This document shows positions 24,340-33,765 of a stretch of 35,978 nt of DNA, one piece after another. The notes below the pieces were generated by a model. It was not told the DNA's origin and searched no databases. It saw only the letters and a list, made by a program, of their open reading frames with translations. How positions within the stretch are numbered: position 1 is the first letter of the stretch; each line of letters opens with the position of its first letter. Source of the DNA: a virus. A program made the translations under genes and the position numbers. Where the stretch lies: IMG/VR virus record IMGVR_UViG_3300022693_000736, positions 1-35,978 of that record, one strand, 5' to 3'.

Positions 24340-25182
24340 ATGTTAATTAATAAAGATTGGTTAGGCCGTTTATATCGTGATGAAGCTAGTGCTGATGGCT
24401 CTGCTGATGGTGGCGGTGATGCTTCTACCACTTCAACCGATGATTCAGGTGGTGATAATGCCGCCGCTGTTGCAAAAATGGCCGCTGAAGGTGATGATTC
24501 AGGTGGTGATCGCCCTGATTGGTTACTTGATAAATACGCCACTAAAGGTAAATCTGTTGAAGAAGCAACAAGTGAACAAGCAAAGGCATATAAAGAATTA
24601 TCCGGCAAATTTGGTGCCTTTACCGGTTCGCCTGAAACATTTGAGGTTAAGTTAAGTGAAGAATTGACTGAAGCCGGTGTTAAAATTGGTGATGATGATC
24701 CAATGCTTAAAGCTGCAATGGAATTTGCCAAAGAATCAAATATGAGCCAAGACGGTTTTAACGGACTAGTTAATCTTTATGCAATGCAACAATTAGCAGA
24801 ATCTAAAGCTGATGAAGAATACAAAGCCGAACAAATGAAAGCTTTGGGACCAAGTGGCGAATCTCGCATTAAAAACATTCAGCAATGGGCCGGTAAGAAC
24901 TTGGACTCTGAAACAGTAACAAGCCTTGAATCAATGGCAACTTCTGTTGAGTCAGTCAAAGCTATTGAGCGTTTAATCTCAATGACTCGCGGTGCTGCTG
25001 TTGATGTTGATGATTCGAAAGCAACAAGCTCTGTAACTTCTGAAGAACTTCATAAAATGCAGTTTGAAAAAGATGATCATGGTAACCGTAGAATAAATAC
25101 GGATAAAGATTTTAATGCTAGATACCAAAAAATGAAAAATGAATTTTACGGCACTGAAGAGCACCGTGAAATGGTTGGATAG
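24340..25182 (+). CDS. Scaffolding protein.
   Basis: 280 aa, acidic with a low-complexity N-terminus (DDSGGD repeated twice) and a helical remainder. It lies between the portal and capsid genes. Confidence 0.6.
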   Translation: MLINKDWLGRLYRDEASADGSADGGGDASTTSTDDSGGDNAAAVAKMAAEGDDSGGDRPDWLLDKYATKGKSVEEATSEQAKAYKELSGKFGAFTGSPETFEVKLSEELTEAGVKIGDDDPMLKAAMEFAKESNMSQDGFNGLVNLYAMQQLAESKADEEYKAEQMKALGPSGESRIKNIQQWAGKNLDSETVTSLESMATSVESVKAIERLISMTRGAAVDVDDSKATSSVTSEELHKMQFEKDDHGNRRINTDKDFNARYQKMKNEFYGTEEHREMVG

Positions 25183-25241
25183 CACTTTAAACACTAATTC
25201 TTATAGGTATGTACCACCTTTTACGGTACGGAGATAAAATT

Positions 25242-25472
25242 ATGAGAGCGAAAATGAAAGTCATTTCAGTTAACCTTACTGAGCATGGGGAACAGCTAAA
25301 TATGTCGGTTGTAACAAATGGTACGGAAGAAGATAATACATTTGCAAAAAATACACCTTACGGCCAGTTAGAACTTACTGTAAATAGCCCGCATCTGGCG
25401 GGTAAATTTAAACCTGGACAAGAGTACTATTTAGATTTTACCGAAAGCATCGAAGATGAAGGTGAAGATTAA
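25242..25472 (+). CDS. Small acidic-tailed hypothetical protein.
   Basis: The internal ATG at 25242 has GGAG 8 nt upstream. The track start is 25209. Confidence 0.55.
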   Translation: MRAKMKVISVNLTEHGEQLNMSVVTNGTEEDNTFAKNTPYGQLELTVNSPHLAGKFKPGQEYYLDFTESIEDEGED

Positions 25473-25494
25473 TTAAAAATTATCACAACCATAA

Positions 25495-25528
25495 ACAAAG
25501 GGCGCTTAATTGCGCCCTTTGTTTTTTT
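25495..25528 (+). terminator. Strong rho-independent terminator.
   Basis: 11-bp stem acaaagggcgc (25495..25505) / gcgccctttgt (25512..25522), loop ttaatt, then TTTTTT (25523..25528). Confidence 0.85.
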
Positions 25529-25690
25529 GAACACTTTGTAGTATTATCAATAACAAGTCTATCAGACACCTCTCTTTGAGCCTGAATACGGATTAATTAA
25601 ATTAAATCGAAAGATTAACTTTAGTTAGGCGGCCCCATTCAGGACACACCCCTTACTAAAAACAAATTAAACTTTATTAAGGGGCATATT

Positions 25691-26554
25691 ATGTCTAAGT
25701 TTCTAACTAATGCAGCTGTTCAAGAATTTGACAGTGAAGTAAAACACGAATATCAAGGTATGCGAACTTTGCGCGAAACCGTAACCATTCGAACAGGTGT
25801 TACTGGTGAGTCTTATAATTTTACTCGTATGGGTAAGGGTTTGGCTAATCAGAAAGCAACTCAAGCCGATGTAACTCCAATGGATATCTCTCACGGTCGT
25901 CAATTGGCAACCATGGAAAATTGGAACGCGCCGGAATACACCGATATCTTCGATCAAGCTGAAGTTAATTTTGATGAAAAATCAGAATTAGCAACTACTA
26001 TTGCCAAGGCAATCGGTAGACGCGAAGATCAATTAGTTATCGATGCTTTAGCCGCAGTTTCTTTTGCAGCAACTAACGATGAAGATCCCGATACTGGTCG
26101 TGTATTTGATATCTCAGGAACACGTAACTTTGATTTGACTTCTATTCGTAGCGCCAAAGGTCATTTAGATGATATCGAAGCTGATTCAGCTGACCGTCAC
26201 ATTGTGTTGCGCGCATTGGCACTTCAAAAATTACTTGAAGACACCACTGTAACAAGCTCTGATTTTAATACTATTCGAGCATTGGTCAACGGTGAACTTG
26301 ATACTTATTTAGGTTTTAAATTCCATATTATCGGCACTCGTAAAGAAGGTGGTTTACCTGGTGTTGCCGCTGATCGGACTGCGTTTGCTTATCATAAAGC
26401 GTCAATTGGTTTGGCTATCGGTATTGATATGAAAACAACCATAGATTGGGTAGCACAAAAGACATCATGGCTTGCCAATGGTATGTTTAAAGCTGGTTCT
26501 GTTGCTCGTGAAGCTCAAGGTATTGTTAAAATTCAATACGATGAAGGCGTGTAA
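25691..26554 (+). CDS. Major capsid protein.
   Basis: 287 aa in the position after the scaffold gene. The N-terminal pattern 'AAVQEFDSEVKHEYQG...TIRTGVTGESYNFTRMG' is typical of small HK97-fold coat proteins. SD 'aagggg' is present. Confidence 0.75.
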   Translation: MSKFLTNAAVQEFDSEVKHEYQGMRTLRETVTIRTGVTGESYNFTRMGKGLANQKATQADVTPMDISHGRQLATMENWNAPEYTDIFDQAEVNFDEKSELATTIAKAIGRREDQLVIDALAAVSFAATNDEDPDTGRVFDISGTRNFDLTSIRSAKGHLDDIEADSADRHIVLRALALQKLLEDTTVTSSDFNTIRALVNGELDTYLGFKFHIIGTRKEGGLPGVAADRTAFAYHKASIGLAIGIDMKTTIDWVAQKTSWLANGMFKAGSVAREAQGIVKIQYDEGV

Positions 26555-26610
26555 TTAATTAAGGTTATTAATTTAACCCTTTTGATTTTTAATAAATTTG
26601 GAGATATATC

Positions 26611-26886
26611 ATGGCTTTTACTAGAAAGAATTTTTTACCATTATCAAGCATGGCAAACAGTGATGCACCACGTCACTTTAGCTATAAAACCCCAGATTCA
26701 CATGCCACGGCTGTTGCTTCTGGTTACTTTAATGATGCCGCTGATACTCTTGGCTTGAAACAGGGTGATATCATTACCGCTGTTGAAGCTACGGGGGGAA
26801 CTGAAACGCTGTCAACAATATTTGTCGATGCCATTTCTGGTGCTGGTGTTGTTACCGTACTAAGTTCTGTTCAAACTTTAGCTTAA
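26611..26886 (+). CDS. Small virion-associated protein carrying the shared N-terminal module.
   Basis: 91 aa. 'MAFT..F.P......D.P..FSYKT.D.......YFND' is shared with the next ORF. SD 'ggag' is present. Confidence 0.6.
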   Translation: MAFTRKNFLPLSSMANSDAPRHFSYKTPDSHATAVASGYFNDAADTLGLKQGDIITAVEATGGTETLSTIFVDAISGAGVVTVLSSVQTLA

Positions 26887-26938
26887 TAACAATAAGGGGC
26901 TTACATGGAGTTAGCCCCGCTATTAACGGTTAATCATT

Positions 26939-28615
26939 ATGGCCTTCACGCAAAGTACATTTGCACCGGTGGGTGCGCACTCTTCAGACACACCAAACCT
27001 ATTCAGTTATAAAACTCAAGATAGGCTTTTTGCAGTAACACAGCCTAATTATTTTAATGACAAAAGATTTCAATTAAGAGAAGGCGATTTTATGCTTATT
27101 CAAGCCTTTGATGGTAGTGAATTTGCAGAAGTCGACTCAACAAGATCAGGAGTATTCGCCGTGACACAGCCAAGTTTAAAAACAGCTTTCGGAGAGGAAA
27201 AGGTAGAATCCAATTCTCCCGTCACTCAGATTTCAGCACAAAACGGACTATTACAAAATGTTTTAGCGACAACAGATGATTTAGCTTCTGGTACAAACAG
27301 CGTAGTAAATAAAAAATTCACTTGTCAAACTGGTACAGATGCAAATGGTTTAGCTACCATATTATCTCTTAGGCAAATATCTAGCAGAGCAGGTCAAGGA
27401 CTGCTTGCGGATTTTTCAGTAGTATTCGGTGCTGGTGTTGTTGATAGTACACAAGTGGCAGGGTTGATCACATCTGAGAATAACTTTTCATTTGCGCTTG
27501 TTGGTACTAGTTTTGGTATACTTTCTATCAGGGATGGTCTGGATGAACTACAAGAATTAACATTAACAGTTGCAGCATCAGGGGCAGAAACAGCAACAGT
27601 CACTATAGACGGAACACCTTTTAATGTGTCACTAACAGGGGCTGGAAGTTTATCTGATGACGCTTTTGAAATATCAGAAGATTTAAATGCTAATGTTGTT
27701 AATTATAACTTTTCATCAAATGGCGCAACTGTTATAGCTCAATCTGCTTTGTCTGGACCTCAAGGTACTTTTGATTACTCAAGTACAGGAGTATCAGAAG
27801 GTACCTTTTCTCAAATAGAAGAAGGAACCAGTGGAATACCTGCATTCATTCCTCAAGCTAGTTGGAATTTTGACACTAGATTAGAGGGTGATGTCAATAC
27901 TGTACTGGATCCGTTTTCATATAATAACTATCAAATACAACTTAATAGCGCAGTTGATTTTTTTATTGAAGATAGAGAAACAAAAAAACAAGTTCTTGTG
28001 CACAGAATACCATTTGTTAATTCTGGTACAGACAACAATCCAGCGAATTCAACTTTTAGAGTTGGCTGGGCGGCAAATAATAGTGGAAACACTTCAAACG
28101 TTACCATTCAAGGCGATAGAGCATCTATTTTTAATGAAGGTGTTATATATTATGACAATACCCCAAGAAGTGATTCTAATTCGCAAACAATCCCAGCAGG
28201 ATCATCAATACAAACATCAGTTTTAATACTTCGGAATAGAATTAGCTTCTCTAATGCATTAAATAGAGCGGAGGTTTTACCTTATGTCGTCTCAGCAAGC
28301 ACAGAAAGTAATAAATTCGCCTCGTTCAGATTGATATTGAATCCATCTTTTTCATCGCCAGTTAATTTTTCTTATATTGATAAAGTAAACTCGCTTGTTG
28401 AAGTATCTAAAGATGCGGTTGTAGTTACTGGTGGTAGAGAAATAGGTAGCGTAATAGTTGAGGCAGGAAACCCACAAACGATGAGTTTCAACGAAAATAC
28501 AATAACAACTACAACATCAATCTTTCCTGGTGACGTAATCGCAATAGTTGCAACGCTTCAGGCTGGTGGTGGTGCAGATTGCCAAGCAAGCATCACCTTT
28601 AGAGAGGATTTGTAA
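26939..28615 (+). CDS. Virion structural protein: the shared N-terminal module plus a beta-rich extension of about 490 aa, possibly a head or tail fibre or decoration protein.
   Basis: 558 aa. The first ~65 aa are paralogous to ORF 26611..26886. The remainder is Ser/Thr/Asn/Gly-rich. Confidence 0.6.
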   Translation: MAFTQSTFAPVGAHSSDTPNLFSYKTQDRLFAVTQPNYFNDKRFQLREGDFMLIQAFDGSEFAEVDSTRSGVFAVTQPSLKTAFGEEKVESNSPVTQISAQNGLLQNVLATTDDLASGTNSVVNKKFTCQTGTDANGLATILSLRQISSRAGQGLLADFSVVFGAGVVDSTQVAGLITSENNFSFALVGTSFGILSIRDGLDELQELTLTVAASGAETATVTIDGTPFNVSLTGAGSLSDDAFEISEDLNANVVNYNFSSNGATVIAQSALSGPQGTFDYSSTGVSEGTFSQIEEGTSGIPAFIPQASWNFDTRLEGDVNTVLDPFSYNNYQIQLNSAVDFFIEDRETKKQVLVHRIPFVNSGTDNNPANSTFRVGWAANNSGNTSNVTIQGDRASIFNEGVIYYDNTPRSDSNSQTIPAGSSIQTSVLILRNRISFSNALNRAEVLPYVVSASTESNKFASFRLILNPSFSSPVNFSYIDKVNSLVEVSKDAVVVTGGREIGSVIVEAGNPQTMSFNENTITTTTSIFPGDVIAIVATLQAGGGADCQASITFREDL

Positions 28616-29193
28616 TGCCTAGTTCAATTGATATTGCATCAAATGCACTTTTATTAATCGGTGATAATCCTATTTCATCTTTTGATGATCCTGGTGCCGG
28701 CGCTCAAGCTGCAGCAAATCTTTATCCTGAAACTAAAAAACGTTTGCTTAGTGCGCATCCTTGGTCTTTTGCGCTAAAACAACAAAGGCTTAATAAGCTT
28801 TCACAAGTGCCGGATGATTTAACAAATTTCAATAATGCTTTTCAATTGCCAACTGATTTAATTCGTATATGGAATATTCAACAACATAGCAATTATATTT
28901 TAATTGGCAATCTTCTCTATTCAAATCAAAATGAAATTTTAGCAACTTACATTTTTGATGTTGATGAAGTTAATTTACAGCCTCATTTTGTTAAGCATCT
29001 TGAGTTTGCTTTAGCTGCTGATTTTGCTATTTCAGTCACGGAAGATTTAAAAAAAGCTCAATACTACGAACAAAAGTCAATTAATGCTGGTGCTCAAGCT
29101 ATGGCCATTGATTCACAGAATAGACCACAACCAGGTATAATTGATTCGCCGTTAATCGATGCGAGAGGAAGTGGAACAGGGTTGAGATTGTAA
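28615..29193 (+). CDS. Tail tubular protein A (T7 gp11-like adaptor).
   Basis: 'IASNALLLIGDNPISSFDD...AANLYPETKKRLLSAHPWSFA' follows the gp11 family pattern. 192 aa. Confidence 0.8.
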   Translation: MPSSIDIASNALLLIGDNPISSFDDPGAGAQAAANLYPETKKRLLSAHPWSFALKQQRLNKLSQVPDDLTNFNNAFQLPTDLIRIWNIQQHSNYILIGNLLYSNQNEILATYIFDVDEVNLQPHFVKHLEFALAADFAISVTEDLKKAQYYEQKSINAGAQAMAIDSQNRPQPGIIDSPLIDARGSGTGLRL

Positions 29194-31232
29194 TGGGAAT
29201 ATGGAACTTTCAAAGCAATATGAATAGAGGGGAATTAGATCCTACTCTATTAGGTCGTATCGATATACAGGCTTATTATAACGGTGTTAGAACTGCTTTA
29301 AACACTTTATCTTTACCGCAAGGAGGAATGAAGCGCAGACCAGGACAAGATTTTTTAGGCGCCGCTTTAGATAATGGGAGATTAGAAAACTTTTCTTTCA
29401 ATGTTGAGCAAAATTACCTTTTAGTTTTTACTGATCTTAAAATGCAAATTTATAAAGATGGTATATTGCAAACCAATATAAATGGTTCAGGTAATGATTT
29501 TATTGTTACACCTTGGAGTTTGGCCCGTATTTTAGAGTTTGATTTTATTCAATCTGCTGATACTGCCATTGTCACTCAAGAAAACATTGAACCAACAACA
29601 ATAACAAGAACTTCAGATACGGATTGGTCAATTGATTCGGTCCCTCTTGTTAATATACCTCAATTTAATTTCAATGATGGGTCAAGCCCCACACCAGTTT
29701 CAGAGGTTCAAAAAATAACTTTTTCATTAGTTAATGAGGGTGATCGCTATAAAATAGCCTTAGAAGGTATTTTAACTGATGATATTGTTTTTGGCGGTGA
29801 TGACGCAACGAATATTTCAGCAATTACCGAAGCATTGCAAAGCTTGCCTAATACTGGCGGTACGGGCATCACAGTAACTGTTTCCGCATCATTAATTGCT
29901 TACAATATAACATTTGCTGATGATTCCGCTAAAGATTGGGAGCTTGCCACTGTTACGGCCGTATTAACTAAGGATGTTGGCTTTGAAGGTGCAACAACTA
30001 GAATCTCCGCCGGCACATCTAAAAGTGAGGACGTTTGGTCAGTTACTAGGGGTTGGCCTAGAACATGTACTTTCCATGAAGGACGTTTATTTTTTGGTGG
30101 TTCACTTACAAGACCACAAACAATGTGGGGATCAAATGTAAATGACTTTTTTAATTTTGAAAAAGGTCGTTCCCGTGATGATGAATTAATTTCAGCGACC
30201 CTTGATACTGATCAGGTAAATGCGATTGAAGCAATATTTTCAAATCGTTCATTACAAATATTTACTTCAGGTGGTGAATTCTTTGTTCCTCAAGCGAGAA
30301 GCACACCAATAACACCGGCTAATATTTCCGTTGCCCCACAAACTAATCTAGGATCTAAACGGGTAAGGCCTATTAGTATTGATGGTGTGACTTTATTTGT
30401 ACAAAGAACGGGCAAAGTGATCAATCAATTTGTCTTTGTAAATGAATTTCAATCAAATCAAACCAATGCAGTTTCCTCACTTGCCGCACATCTAATAAAA
30501 GACCCTGTAAAAATGGCAGCGAGTAAAGGTACCGAAAGCACCGATGCGAATTATGTTTATATTTTAAATGCTGATGGCTCTTTAACTGTTTTTAATACCT
30601 TAACTTCCGAAGGTGTTCAAGCTTTCACTGATTGGAGAAGCGGTACTATAAAATCAATTACTGTGGTTTCTGATAGGTTAAATTTATTAATTGAAAGGGT
30701 TGTAAATAGCGTTACTGTTTATCATATCGAAGTTGAATCAGTAACCGCTTTGACTGATTCAGCTGTTACCGCTAATGTTGGCGGTTCTGATACGTTAACC
30801 GGACTTGATCACTTGGAAGGTGAAACTGTTGATGTTAAAGCTGATGGTTCTTTCCAAGGTGAATTTGTTGTTACTAGTGGTCAAATACAAATAACAAGGG
30901 ATGCTGATATTATCGAAGCTGGATTAACTTATAAGCCATTAATTAAAACAATGCCTTTAAATATTGATACTGAAAAGGGTCCTAATGCAACAGATAAAAA
31001 GCGTATTTTAAGAGCGGCTATACAATTATTCGAATCAAATGGTATTATCGTTAACGGTCAAAGGTTAGCTGATAAAACAATAGGACTTAATCAATTTGAT
31101 GCACCAACACCCAATACAGGTTTAGAGCGTATTACTTTACATGGTTGGAGCTTAGAAGCTGATATTGAAATAACACAAAACACACCAATGCCGATGACTA
31201 TTTTATCGATTGGTATGGAGGTTAAAACATAA
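29193..31232 (+). CDS. Tail tubular protein B (T7 gp12-like nozzle).
   Basis: 679 aa directly after the gp11-like gene. The central motif 'GWPRTCTFHEGRLFFGGS...MWGSNVNDFFNF' is present. Confidence 0.7.
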   Translation: MGIWNFQSNMNRGELDPTLLGRIDIQAYYNGVRTALNTLSLPQGGMKRRPGQDFLGAALDNGRLENFSFNVEQNYLLVFTDLKMQIYKDGILQTNINGSGNDFIVTPWSLARILEFDFIQSADTAIVTQENIEPTTITRTSDTDWSIDSVPLVNIPQFNFNDGSSPTPVSEVQKITFSLVNEGDRYKIALEGILTDDIVFGGDDATNISAITEALQSLPNTGGTGITVTVSASLIAYNITFADDSAKDWELATVTAVLTKDVGFEGATTRISAGTSKSEDVWSVTRGWPRTCTFHEGRLFFGGSLTRPQTMWGSNVNDFFNFEKGRSRDDELISATLDTDQVNAIEAIFSNRSLQIFTSGGEFFVPQARSTPITPANISVAPQTNLGSKRVRPISIDGVTLFVQRTGKVINQFVFVNEFQSNQTNAVSSLAAHLIKDPVKMAASKGTESTDANYVYILNADGSLTVFNTLTSEGVQAFTDWRSGTIKSITVVSDRLNLLIERVVNSVTVYHIEVESVTALTDSAVTANVGGSDTLTGLDHLEGETVDVKADGSFQGEFVVTSGQIQITRDADIIEAGLTYKPLIKTMPLNIDTEKGPNATDKKRILRAAIQLFESNGIIVNGQRLADKTIGLNQFDAPTPNTGLERITLHGWSLEADIEITQNTPMPMTILSIGMEVKT

Positions 31233-31633
31233 TGGGTGTTCTTTTAGATGTTGCAACATTTAAACAGCAGCGCGGAGCCGGTGACATTGCCAGAGGTGAA
31301 GCAGAAGTTGCAGCCAAGGCAGAAGAAGCCGCCGGTGTTTCTCGTGAAGCTGATCGCAAATCAAGATTAGCTGAAGCATTAGCTTCTCAAAACGCCGCCG
31401 CTGGTGCTGGTGGAATTGCCGCCTTTGAAGGTTCCCCGTTATCAATAATGCAAGAAGATATCCGTAGAGAGCAAGAAGCAACTCAGCGTGATAAATTTCA
31501 AACTCAATTATCAGCTTTAACCTTACGAACAAGAGGCATAGTTGCTCAAAGACAAGCTAAAACATCCGCAAACATAGGGTTATTAACCAACATTGAAAAA
31601 CGGGCAACAAAAGCCGTTACAGGTGGTGGATAA
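31232..31633 (+). CDS. Internal virion protein (gp14-like by position).
   Basis: 133 aa, Ala/Glu/Gln-rich and helical. ATGA-type overlaps on both sides. Confidence 0.5.
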   Translation: MGVLLDVATFKQQRGAGDIARGEAEVAAKAEEAAGVSREADRKSRLAEALASQNAAAGAGGIAAFEGSPLSIMQEDIRREQEATQRDKFQTQLSALTLRTRGIVAQRQAKTSANIGLLTNIEKRATKAVTGGG

Positions 31634-33765
31634 TGGTTGCTAAAAGATTTCAAGAAACTGTAAGCATTCAACCACAAAACTTATCAACTGGTTTTGTTCA
31701 AGGTTCTAATTCTTTAATTAATCGACTTCAGCAATTTAAACAATCATCTGAGCAATTAATCAGTACCGTTGAAACTAAACGTGGCCAAGTAGAAGCGCAA
31801 CAAGCAATTTCAGAGGGGAAACCCTTTAAACGTAAAGAAGCTTCAGTTGTTGAAACTTTTCTAACGGGCGGTATTTCTACTGCCGCCTATAACAAATCAT
31901 TAGAAACCGGTTATCTTGCCGGATTAGGCAGAGAAACAAACGAAGCAATCGCAGCGATCGAAGCTGAAAACCCAAATAGCATCATACAATTTAATGAAAA
32001 GGTTGCAGGGTATGCATCAGGTGTTTTAAGTGAGGTTGATCCGGCGGTTAGGTCACAAGTTGAGCAGTTCATTAGTAATAAAATTTCTAATGCTAGAATT
32101 CGTGTCCATGGCAATACAATAAGAAATAATAAAAAAAATGCCGCTGCTGAAAGTGCCGCTGCAATAACTTCCTTTAGTAATGAAGCTGCAAAATTATCGC
32201 GTGAAGGCAATAAATTAGGTTCTGCTGAAGCAATTACACAATCATTCGACATTATTAATGGCATGGTTGAAGCTGGTGATATGGCAGTTGATAAGGCCGT
32301 CAACCTTAAGCGTGAAATTGAGCGTGAAGCATCAGAGCAATCAATAAGATTAGAATTTGATAGCCTCGCTGATTCTGAAGGTATTGCAAAAGCTTTTGAA
32401 CAGCTAGAAAGTATTTCTAATAAACCGGCTAAGGGTTGGACACCCGACGAATGGGATTCATTTATAGGTTCACAGCAAGCAGATTTAAGACAAAAAGTGG
32501 TTAGACAGCAACAAGCAAAGGCCAATAATGATTTAGCCTCTGCTCGCGCTGTATCTAATTTAAAAATAAAAGCTAAAACAGGTGTTGATTTACAAGGCAA
32601 TCCAGTTGATGCGAGTGAAATTATCGGTGAAACAGAAAAGCTTTTTAATGAAGGTGTTTTATCTGGCAATGAAAGATCGTCAATTATTACCGGTATAATC
32701 GAAGAGCAAAAAAAATCCGCCAAAGATTCTTTATCAAAGCAAAAAGTTGCCGCCCGTTTAGGTGGTGCAAATGAAATAGCATTGACACAAGATCAAGTTG
32801 ATTTAACTTGGGATGAAGACATAGCGCAAATAGTTAATGAATTAACGTCAAGCGCAAAAAATGCTTCTATTGCGCAGTTTGTTGATGGAACAAAATTAGT
32901 CCCAACACAAGTAACAAGGCAAGTCACAAGCAATTTAAATTCTGATGATCCTGAACTTGTTATTGAATCGGCTGATTTAATGGATAGATTAGACAGTATT
33001 CGCGGAATTCCCGATACTAATTTCAATCCTTCTGATCGCGCATTCGCTGAAACTGTTGTTGGACTTCAGCAAAACATGGATCCACTAGAAGCGGTTAAGC
33101 TTGCTAGGCAAAATACAGATCCAAACGACAGAGGCAGAATTGAAACAAGAACTGGTTTAATTAAGTCTGAAAAAATGCAATTGGAATACCCTTCTATTGT
33201 TGAAAATGCTTTTGACCCGTTTTTTGGTTCAACTACTGTTGATAGCGTTTCAACTGGTCAGTTAACAAGAGAATATCAAGTTTTATTTGAAGAACATTTC
33301 AAAGCAGGTATGAGTAAAGATCAAGCTGAAAAAAAATCAATTCAAATTATAAAACGTAATTGGGGCGAAACCAATGTAACTGGTAGAGCTAAAGCTATTA
33401 AATATCCCCCTGAAGATTATTATGCGGTTAATGGTAGTGTTGATTATATCGGAAGGGATTTATTTACCAGCGTTAAAGATGCAAATATTGGGTTACCTGA
33501 ATTCAAAAAAGAAAATATCATTTTAATATCAGACCAAACAACGGCTAGAACAGCCGCACAAGGCCGACCATCTTATATGGTAATGATTGACTCAGGTGAG
33601 CAAGGTTTATTCCCCATTGTTGGGTTTAGGTACATTCCTGACATGCAAAAACAGATTGAAAGTGTACAATCTGAAAATGAGAAGGATTTATTACAAGATC
33701 GCCGCAGAAATATACAGTCACAAGAGCAAGTTCTAACTAATTTATTTGAAAAGAGAATTAATTAA
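31633..33765 (+). CDS. Internal virion protein (gp15-like by position).
   Basis: 710 aa, largely helical. No enzymatic motif recognised. Confidence 0.55.
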   Translation: MVAKRFQETVSIQPQNLSTGFVQGSNSLINRLQQFKQSSEQLISTVETKRGQVEAQQAISEGKPFKRKEASVVETFLTGGISTAAYNKSLETGYLAGLGRETNEAIAAIEAENPNSIIQFNEKVAGYASGVLSEVDPAVRSQVEQFISNKISNARIRVHGNTIRNNKKNAAAESAAAITSFSNEAAKLSREGNKLGSAEAITQSFDIINGMVEAGDMAVDKAVNLKREIEREASEQSIRLEFDSLADSEGIAKAFEQLESISNKPAKGWTPDEWDSFIGSQQADLRQKVVRQQQAKANNDLASARAVSNLKIKAKTGVDLQGNPVDASEIIGETEKLFNEGVLSGNERSSIITGIIEEQKKSAKDSLSKQKVAARLGGANEIALTQDQVDLTWDEDIAQIVNELTSSAKNASIAQFVDGTKLVPTQVTRQVTSNLNSDDPELVIESADLMDRLDSIRGIPDTNFNPSDRAFAETVVGLQQNMDPLEAVKLARQNTDPNDRGRIETRTGLIKSEKMQLEYPSIVENAFDPFFGSTTVDSVSTGQLTREYQVLFEEHFKAGMSKDQAEKKSIQIIKRNWGETNVTGRAKAIKYPPEDYYAVNGSVDYIGRDLFTSVKDANIGLPEFKKENIILISDQTTARTAAQGRPSYMVMIDSGEQGLFPIVGFRYIPDMQKQIESVQSENEKDLLQDRRRNIQSQEQVLTNLFEKRIN

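Noticed and set aside
24333-24731. Overlapping ORFs in the scaffold 5' region, 24333..24731(-) and 24377..24655(+), and an 18-bp direct repeat gatgattcaggtggtgat at 24439..24456 and 24493..24510.
   Set aside because: The repeat simply encodes DDSGGD twice in the low-complexity acidic N-terminus of the scaffold protein. The alternative frames are by-products of that low complexity.
26896-26918. Hairpin ggggct/agcccc after ORF 26611..26886, and a weak AT-rich hairpin after the capsid gene (~26557..26590), considered as possible terminators.
   Set aside because: The stems are short (6 bp) with large loops or bulges and no clean T-run. This is not enough to annotate them as terminators.
31911-32723. 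270-aa minus-strand ORF inside the 710-aa internal virion protein gene. A similar case is 31260..31532.
   Set aside because: It is a shadow ORF in a codon-biased, Ala/Glu-rich gene. It has a Ser/Leu/Ala/Cys-rich translation and no start context.
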